The position numbers were made by a program, and so were the translations under genes. A DNA stretch of 10,499 nucleotides from an uncultured bacterium. GTDB lineage: Bacteria; Hydrogenedentota; Hydrogenedentia; Hydrogenedentales; JAEUWI01. The stretch's first letter is position 1. Each line of letters opens with the position of its first letter. Below are positions 1-6,286 of this stretch, one piece after another. The notes beneath the pieces are model-generated. The model did no database searches. It was not told the DNA's origin and saw nothing but the letters and a program-made list of their open reading frames with translations. Location of the stretch: NCBI GenBank assembly GCA_963977445.1, contig CAXBPH010000245.1, forward strand, positions 1-10,499, in the 5' to 3' direction.

Positions 1-41
1 ATCCAATACGGTCGCCTTAACTACTCACGTTATTTTTGGAA

Positions 42-120
42 GTCCCCGAAGGCGGGAATCCAGTAGGTATGCTCGGTTTCTGTGTTCGCGTTACTGGATC
101 TCCGCCTTCGCGGAGATGAC
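42..120. repeat. REP/dRS3-like palindromic repeat element (pair of inverted hairpin units)
   Basis: CGAAGGCGGGAATCCAGTA (47-65) and TACTGGATCTCCGCCTTCG (92-110) form an inverted repeat with 17/19 matches. The right unit is itself a perfect hairpin, ATCTCCGC-CTTC-GCGGAGAT (98-117), followed by GAC. This resembles the widespread GTCATTCCCGCGAAGGCGGGAATCC...GGATTCCCGCCTTCGCGGGAATGAC type of interspersed element; the left unit is truncated. Confidence 0.75.
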
Positions 121-336
121 GGCACCGTGCTTTCATTCTGTGCGGTAGGCGGCGTTGAGTAAATCAACAGCCCCGTTCAAGGGGATACGATTCAAATTCC
201 ACCCCCAATCGAACGTGCAGGTCAATCTTGTTGCGCCGGTCGGAATACTTGGATCGTGCGTCCGGATTTGACACACTAGACGCTATAAACGAATCGAACG
301 CATTACGCCCGTGGAATCAGGTAGAATACGTATCCT

Positions 337-1482
337 ATGAAACTAATCCATACTGCTGATATTGGTCTGGACCGCTGTTTTGCGGACCAGGCACTTCCGC
401 CCCATGTGGGCCAAGAGAGCCGCGCCTACCTGCGGTCAATCGTGCAAATAATACTGGATAGGGCCCAGGCCTGGTCGGCCGACGGCGTGTTGATTGCCGG
501 TAACCTTTTTGATGTGAATCGCGTCGAACGGGATACGGTCAGCTTTCTTCGGGAAGCGTTTGCCGCTATCGCGCCGATTCCCATCTTCATAAGTCCGGGC
601 AGCAGCGATCCGTGCGTGCTCGCCTCGCCCTACCTGACGGAATTGTGGCCGGAAAACGTCCATATTTTTTCCAAACCCACGGTCACGTCGATGCAACTCG
701 GCCCGCTTACCGTGTTTGGCTTTGGACACAATGGACCGGATGTCGCACTTCAACCCTTCGACAATTTTGAACGAGCTGAATCGGTCGGCCCCCATCTGGT
801 GCTGGCGTCGGCACGGGCAACGTATCTGGACGACCCGGAAAATGCTGCCCCGACCACCATTGCGCTCGAGTCCCTGGCCCACCCGGAACTGGCCTATGTG
901 GCCCTGGGCGGTCATCCCACCGTCCAATCGGTCGGCGATTCCCAAGGTGTTGCGGCCTGGTATCCCGGTACCCCCGCCGCCATGCACTACAGCGCGACGG
1001 GGCCCCATCACTACCTCGAAATTACGATACCAGGCGCGGAAGCCCTACGGGTGGATACCATCCCCGTTTCCATGGGTCGTTTTTTTCGAATGACGGTAGA
1101 CTGCACCGATCTCAGCAGCGGCCAGGCCCTCATCGATGTAATTCGACCACACCTGATTGCCGAAGAAGACCGCCAATGTGCGCAAATTATCCTGGAGGGT
1201 GCTCTGCTGCCCGAGATTTACGATGAGATGACCAGTGTGCGTGATGTCCTTGCCGAAAACGTAGGATATCTCGACCTGGTAGATCATTGCTTTGTGGCCG
1301 AAAACTTCGAGGTCCTGGCCAAGCTTGAGACCAGTCTCGGTGCCTTTGTCGCACGCATCACGCGCGAAATTGATGATGCGCCCGACGCCACCCGACGGGC
1401 GGCCCTCTGTCGCAGTCGGGATTTGGCCCTGTGCGCCTATCGTGGCCAGCATTTGCCCATACGCGCGGCACAGGGAGACTGA
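337..1482 (+). CDS. YhaO/SbcD/Mre11-family metallophosphoesterase-fold protein, predicted catalytically inactive
   Basis: 381-aa ORF. Scaffold motifs MKLIHTAD, ADGVLIAG(N)LFD, IPIFISPG, WPENVHIF, YVALG and YPGTP match the SbcD/YhaO family in order and spacing. It sits directly upstream of a YhaN/SbcC-like ATPase. The metal-ligand motifs are degenerate (see findings). Confidence 0.88.
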   Translation: MKLIHTADIGLDRCFADQALPPHVGQESRAYLRSIVQIILDRAQAWSADGVLIAGNLFDVNRVERDTVSFLREAFAAIAPIPIFISPGSSDPCVLASPYLTELWPENVHIFSKPTVTSMQLGPLTVFGFGHNGPDVALQPFDNFERAESVGPHLVLASARATYLDDPENAAPTTIALESLAHPELAYVALGGHPTVQSVGDSQGVAAWYPGTPAAMHYSATGPHHYLEITIPGAEALRVDTIPVSMGRFFRMTVDCTDLSSGQALIDVIRPHLIAEEDRQCAQIILEGALLPEIYDEMTSVRDVLAENVGYLDLVDHCFVAENFEVLAKLETSLGAFVARITREIDDAPDATRRAALCRSRDLALCAYRGQHLPIRAAQGD

Positions 1483-1484
1483 TC

Positions 1485-4400
1485 ATGCGGATTCGCACCA
1501 TCAATATGAAGGGCTACGGCCGCTTCAGCGAAAAAACGATCCAGTTTGCGCCGGGGCTGCAGATCGTCGTGGGCCCGAATGAACGGGGTAAGTCCACGAT
1601 TCGCGCCTTTATCGCCGATATGCTCTTTGGCCAGAAGGTCAACGATACCCAGCGGGTTTTTGAAGAGTCCAACGAGTTGCGTAAGCCCTGGACCGAGACC
1701 GGCGAGTACGGTGGTTCCCTGGAATACGACTTGGATGACGGTAGTTCCTTCGAGGTGGTCCGTAATTTCGACAAGGACCACGATTCCATTTCGGTCATCG
1801 ACCGGGCCAGCGGCGAAGATGTGACGGGCCAGTTCGAGCGTTTTCGCAACCGGGAGCTGGATTTTGCCCGGAAACATCTTGGGCTGAGTAAAGAAGTTTT
1901 TCTGAACGCAGCGACCATCTCCCATGTAAGTCTCGACGACCTGGGAGACAACGAGGCCCTCGATCAGATCCGCGAAAAGATTCTGGCCCTCACCGATTCT
2001 GGCGGCGGTAGTGGCACCGTGGAAGGGGCCATGCGCCTCCTCAGTGAGCGGGTGGCCGCCATTGGTACTTCCGGTGCAAAGAATAAACCCCTGGCCCAGG
2101 CGCGGAAGACGCTCCATGCCCTGGAGCTGGAGTATCAGGAAGTGCTGGAACGGCGCGATGCCACCACCACCCTCGCGCTGGAACGCAAATCTCTCGTAGA
2201 GCACTGTCAGGCCCTCCGCAAAGAACGTAAGGCCGCAGAAGCTGCCCTCCGTACCCTGGAGCGGCACGACGAACAGGCCCGCCTGGCCGAGGCCCGCCAA
2301 CTGCAGGCATCGATAGATGAGGCCACGCAGCAGTGTCTCGCCTTGAGTCATGTCCGTGAAATACCCATGGATCGTGATGCAGAGATGCGCGCCAATGAAG
2401 ATGCCGTCCGGGCTGCGGAGCGACAGCTGGAACTTACCGAGTCCCAGAAGCACACCCTCCTTGAACGACTGAAGGCCGAGACCGGTAGTGAGGGGGGCGT
2501 GCTTACCCAGACGGCCCCCGAGTTTCCCGCCGCCCTGGAGCAGCGCCTCAACGAAATCCAGGCAACCCGTGCCCAGCGTGCAGAGCGGATCTTGGAAACG
2601 GAGGCCCTCGTCAAAGCGGCCAAAGACCGGATGGAAGAGGTGCAGCGTCAGCTGACGGAATTGCCCGACTTCAGCCGTTTGGCCGCCGACCCGGTGGAAT
2701 GGTTGAGCCAGCTCGCCAGCTCCTTTGCCGTCGCACTGCGAGCCCGCAATGAAGAATGCTCGCTCCGGGAGACCCTTCAGCAGGAAGTCGCCTCGCTCAT
2801 CAAAAAGAATGCACCCTACGCCGAGCTGTTTCACGGCCGTGAAGATTTTCCCGAGCTTGCACGGGAATACGCCCTTCAACTCCGATTGCACGAGAGCCAG
2901 AAGGAGCAGCATGCCGGAACGCTGCATACCCTGCAGGGCACCTTCGCCGAACTTCAGGGAGAATCCAGAGCATTTTTGCCCATCGGTGGTGCCTGTTTCG
3001 GGGTGGCCCTGATTACCGGCTACCTGCATTTTTTTACCGAGTTTGGCGACACCATGGTCATTGCCCTGGTGGCCAGTGTGGTTGGTATCATTTTTCTTGC
3101 CATGTGGGCCACGCAGCGTAGTCATATGCGCCGCCTTGCGGACCGTATAGAAGACGCCCGCGAAGCCGTCGACTCCGTGGCGAAAGCCTCGGGTAATCTG
3201 AGCCTCACCGCCATCGACGACATGCTGCGTGCCTCGAATAGCAGCTCCATCCGTGAGCTTGAAGCGCTCCACGACCAATTCCGTACCATCGAGATGGAGC
3301 TCAAACTTCGTCGCGAAGCCCTGGTTTCCCAGGAAGAAAAGGCCGAGGAAGCGGAAGAGCGTATTCCGCTCTTGCTGGAACGTTTCCGGGAGACCTTCCT
3401 GAAGGCCGGAGAAGAGATTGCCAATGAGAATGACGTGCAGGATGCCTCCGGTCGCGCCATTGCACGCTACCAGGAGTATCGCGAAACGAAACGTCGGTCC
3501 TCCACGAATCGCTCGGTCCAGGAACGGCACGAATCAGAATTGAAGCGCCTGCGCACCCTGGCCGCCCAGGCCGATGGCGAGTGGGAGTCCCTCGAAGCGG
3601 AAGCCCGCGAATTCGTCACCCAGCATGGCCTGGCCGATTCGGGCAGCTACGAGACGGTCCAGGAGGCCATCGTAGCCTATCGCAATGCCTTCGCCCAGAA
3701 TCGGGAAATCCGAGGACGTCAGGATTTGCTGGGGGAAAACCTCCGCGATCTGGAACGACAGGTCGATCGGGAGCGTAAAGGCCTGGAAGAATGCCGGGCC
3801 AAGCGTTCGGCCGCGTTTAAACCTTTCGGCATCAATTCCATGGATGGATGGAGCGACCTCATGACCGAGGCGGTCACCTACCAGCAACGGGCTGAAGAGC
3901 GGCGTAAGCTGGAAGACGAGCTGTCTGCCAAGCTCGGGAAAGACTCCCTCGCCTCGTTGGGAGCCCGGGTAGAGGCGGCTGGTGAATTGGAATCCCGCCC
4001 GGAAACGACACGGGAAGCCCTGCGGGAGACCATCGACGCCCTGAACGACGTCCTGGAGACCGAGACCGACCGGGAACATGCCCTCCATCTCAAATTGACG
4101 GCCCAGAGCAACGGCGTGCGCCCTGTGAATGAATTGGAAGAAGAACAGGCCGTTTTGCGGAATAAAATTCGCGCCCTGGAGGCCGAAGGGGACGCCACCA
4201 GTTATGCCATGGCGCTGATTGAAGACGTGGCTCGGGATACGCACGCCTACATGGCACCGCGTTTGGCCGAAGAGGCCAGCCAGATTCTGAAGAAAATTAC
4301 GGCCGGTACCTACAACGAAATTTCCCTTGGTCGGGACCTGAGCGTTCGTATCCGGATTCCAGAAACCCAACGCCTTCATGACGCCCCGGAAAAGTCCCTG

Positions 4401-4649
4401 AGCAAGGGCACGGTCGACCAGATCTATCTCGCACTGCGCCTGGCCTTTGTGCAAAGTCTGAACGCCAGCGGCGAAGGCATTCCCATGCTGCTGGACGATC
4501 CCTTTGCCAACTACGACGATGCACGGCTGGCAATGACGATGGGGCTGATTAGCGATTTGGTCGGACGGAACCAGGTCGTGTTGTTCACCTGCCGTGAAGA
4601 CGTTGTAGCGGCGGCGGAAGCCCATCACGCCGCCATAATTCGCCTGTAA
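1485..4649 (+). CDS. YhaN/SbcC/Rad50-like SMC-type ABC ATPase with long coiled coil and central transmembrane hairpin (1054 aa)
   Basis: Start moved to ATG 1485: GGGAG at 1473-1477, 2 nt after the upstream stop, and MRIRTINMKGYGRF is a typical family N-terminus. Walker A GPNERGKST; C-terminal signature LSKGT, IYLALRLA, Walker B/D-loop MLLDDPFANYD, QVVLFTC. Long E/Q/R/L/A-rich helical region with two hydrophobic segments at about aa 496-542. Confidence 0.9.
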   Translation: MRIRTINMKGYGRFSEKTIQFAPGLQIVVGPNERGKSTIRAFIADMLFGQKVNDTQRVFEESNELRKPWTETGEYGGSLEYDLDDGSSFEVVRNFDKDHDSISVIDRASGEDVTGQFERFRNRELDFARKHLGLSKEVFLNAATISHVSLDDLGDNEALDQIREKILALTDSGGGSGTVEGAMRLLSERVAAIGTSGAKNKPLAQARKTLHALELEYQEVLERRDATTTLALERKSLVEHCQALRKERKAAEAALRTLERHDEQARLAEARQLQASIDEATQQCLALSHVREIPMDRDAEMRANEDAVRAAERQLELTESQKHTLLERLKAETGSEGGVLTQTAPEFPAALEQRLNEIQATRAQRAERILETEALVKAAKDRMEEVQRQLTELPDFSRLAADPVEWLSQLASSFAVALRARNEECSLRETLQQEVASLIKKNAPYAELFHGREDFPELAREYALQLRLHESQKEQHAGTLHTLQGTFAELQGESRAFLPIGGACFGVALITGYLHFFTEFGDTMVIALVASVVGIIFLAMWATQRSHMRRLADRIEDAREAVDSVAKASGNLSLTAIDDMLRASNSSSIRELEALHDQFRTIEMELKLRREALVSQEEKAEEAEERIPLLLERFRETFLKAGEEIANENDVQDASGRAIARYQEYRETKRRSSTNRSVQERHESELKRLRTLAAQADGEWESLEAEAREFVTQHGLADSGSYETVQEAIVAYRNAFAQNREIRGRQDLLGENLRDLERQVDRERKGLEECRAKRSAAFKPFGINSMDGWSDLMTEAVTYQQRAEERRKLEDELSAKLGKDSLASLGARVEAAGELESRPETTREALRETIDALNDVLETETDREHALHLKLTAQSNGVRPVNELEEEQAVLRNKIRALEAEGDATSYAMALIEDVARDTHAYMAPRLAEEASQILKKITAGTYNEISLGRDLSVRIRIPETQRLHDAPEKSLSKGTVDQIYLALRLAFVQSLNASGEGIPMLLDDPFANYDDARLAMTMGLISDLVGRNQVVLFTCREDVVAAAEAHHAAIIRL

Positions 4650-4773
4650 TTCTTCAAGCCCCAAGCCCAGACAGTGTTCTTATGTGTCGGCTTGCGTCTG
4701 TTTGTCTGTAAATCTAAGGGCTATTGGAGGGGTTGTGATGTGACGGGCCGCCTGTAAATTAGACAATCAGAAC

Positions 4774-4802
4774 TTGCCGAAACGGTGGCGCTGTGGTAGA
4801 AT
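4774..4802 (+). promoter_or_regulatory. Putative sigma70-type promoter with extended -10
   Basis: TTGCCG (4774-4779), exactly 17 bp of spacer, TAGAAT (4797-4802), preceded by TGTGn (extended -10 TG at 4794-4795). Predicted +1 near G4809. Confidence 0.65.
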
Positions 4803-4808
4803 TGGATT

Positions 4809-4881
4809 GGTCAGCGCCACATGTGGCGTTTCTCCTTCCGCGGAGGTCTGGTGCGATTGTCGTGTCAGGCCTCTTTTTATT
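4809..4881 (+). ncRNA. Candidate novel small RNA (~72 nt)
   Basis: Bounded by the promoter above and a hairpin plus U-tract. Contains a 5' stem-loop (4813-4830, core palindrome CGCCACATGTGGCG) and a pyrimidine-rich linker TCTCCTTCC (4831-4839). I recognise no RNA family. Confidence 0.5.
4843..4881 (+). terminator. Intrinsic (Rho-independent) terminator, plus strand
   Basis: GAGGTCTGGTGCGA-TTG-TCGTGTCAGGCCTC gives a 14-bp stem including 4 G.U pairs, followed by TTTTTATT. The G.U pairs would be A.C mismatches on the minus strand, which fixes the orientation as plus. Confidence 0.72.
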
Positions 4882-4906
4882 GCCTGATCCTATCGGGCCG
4901 GGACGA

Positions 4907-6286
4907 CTACTTCCCGATGCAGAAGGCCCCGAATATTTTCCCCAGGATATCGTCGGGAGTCGTTTCTCCCGTGATTTCACCCAGCGCCTGGAGGGCATCC
5001 TGAAGTTCTATCGCCAGGAATTCGGGGGAGAGGGTCATGTCCGCAAGAAAAAGCGCCAGACAGCCTTCTGCACGCCGTAAACTGTCTTTCTGGTGGGCCC
5101 GATTGATCAACGCCTCATCGGCGGCAATATTCACGCCGCCAAGTAACAGGTCCGCCAGCGTCTTTTCCAGAACATCCAGACCCAGTCCGGTGTGGGCCGA
5201 GAGCGAGAGCGTGGCCGTCCCGTCTGCCGTCCAGTCGGGCCGCTGCGGGTTTGGAGCCAAATCGGCCTTATTGAGGACAACGACGATAGGAATCTCCAGG
5301 GCGCGGAGTTCCTGGAAGAGGGGCTCATCTTCCGGGTGGGGGGGCACCGCACCATCGAGGACCAACAGGGCCAATTGGGCAGACTGAAGGGTTTCCCGAG
5401 CAATACGTACCCCGATTTGCTCTACTTCGTCCTCGGATTCACGGACACCGGCCGTATCGACCAGTTTCACTGGGATACCGCCCAGCGTAATATATTCTTC
5501 AATGCGATCCCGTGTCGTACCTGCGTGTGCAGAAACAATAGCGCGGGCATCCCGCAGCAAGAGATTGAAGAGACTCGACTTGCCCACATTGGGGCGACCG
5601 GCGATAACCAGGGTCGCACCCTCACGGAGGAGTCGTCCCGCATCACTCTTCTGCAACATGTCGACCATGGAGGCATGGGCATCCCGCGCGGCCGTCATGA
5701 GGGATTCATCAATCAGATCGGGCAAATCGTCTTCCGGAAAATCCACCGCCGCGTCAACACGGGCCAGCAGGGCCAGCACCGTTTCGGTCATGTCATGGAT
5801 CTGCCGGGACAGGGTGCCACTGGCCGCCGCGTTGGCGGCCTGCAGGTTGGCCCGGGTTCGGGCTTGAATCTGGTCGATGACGGCTTCCGCCTGGACCAGA
5901 TCGATGCGACCATTGAGAAAGGCACGAAGCGTAAACTCGCCGGGCCCCGCCAATCGGGCACCTTCCTGCAGAAGGGTTTCCAGAATGGCATTGAGGGGGC
6001 CGGCCCCGCCGTGGCCGTTAATTTCCACCACGTCTTCGCGCGTATAGCTGTGGGGACCCCGCATGAGCACGCAGAGTACTTCGTCCACCACGTTTCCGGC
6101 GGGCGTAACCACGTGACCGTGGAAAACCTGCTGACCCGGCGTGTCCAGGGACTTGCCGCGAGACGAGCGAAAGACCCGACGCGTGATAGCGAGGGCGTTC
6201 GGGCCACTTAAACGAACAATCCCCACACCACCTTCACCAGGCGGTGTGGAGATTGCAACAATGGTATCGTCGGTATTAGTCACCAA
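4907..6286 (-). CDS. mnmE: tRNA uridine-5-carboxymethylaminomethyl(34) synthesis GTPase MnmE (TrmE)
   Basis: DTIVAISTPPGEGGVGIVRLSG, SYTREDVVEI, PGEFTLRAFLNGRIDLVQAEAV, G1 GRPNVGKSS, GTTRD, DTAG, NKAD, C-terminal FCIGK. Start is TTG at 6286 or GTG at 6283; either overlaps the jag stop. Confidence 0.97.
   Translation of the reverse strand: MVTNTDDTIVAISTPPGEGGVGIVRLSGPNALAITRRVFRSSRGKSLDTPGQQVFHGHVVTPAGNVVDEVLCVLMRGPHSYTREDVVEINGHGGAGPLNAILETLLQEGARLAGPGEFTLRAFLNGRIDLVQAEAVIDQIQARTRANLQAANAAASGTLSRQIHDMTETVLALLARVDAAVDFPEDDLPDLIDESLMTAARDAHASMVDMLQKSDAGRLLREGATLVIAGRPNVGKSSLFNLLLRDARAIVSAHAGTTRDRIEEYITLGGIPVKLVDTAGVRESEDEVEQIGVRIARETLQSAQLALLVLDGAVPPHPEDEPLFQELRALEIPIVVVLNKADLAPNPQRPDWTADGTATLSLSAHTGLGLDVLEKTLADLLLGGVNIAADEALINRAHQKDSLRRAEGCLALFLADMTLSPEFLAIELQDALQALGEITGETTPDDILGKIFGAFCIGK

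Noticed and set aside
171..210. GTTCAA / GATTCAAATTCC resembling a tRNA T-loop or att-site remnant
   Set aside because: No T-stem, acceptor stem or cloverleaf can be built, and no integrase is nearby.
268..289. TTGACA ... TATAAA as a sigma70 promoter
   Set aside because: The spacer is only 10 bp, and there is no acceptable -10 at 16-18 bp from this TTGACA.
337..1482. Calling the degenerate nuclease a pseudogene
   Set aside because: No stops, frameshifts or truncation; the changes concentrate on catalytic positions while structural motifs persist.
1431..1484. Upstream start of the ATPase ORF at 1431
   Set aside because: Overlaps the upstream gene; ATG 1485 has an SD and matches the family N-terminus.
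1437..4664. Long minus-strand ORFs (697 aa and 376 aa) and other short ORFs overlapping the ATPase gene
   Set aside because: Antisense shadow frames of a GC-rich gene; no recognisable motifs.
4793..5080. Small plus-strand ORFs 4793-5080 and 4821-5003 as products of the 4774 promoter
   Set aside because: One starts inside the promoter and the other has no SD; both run through the terminator and antisense into mnmE.
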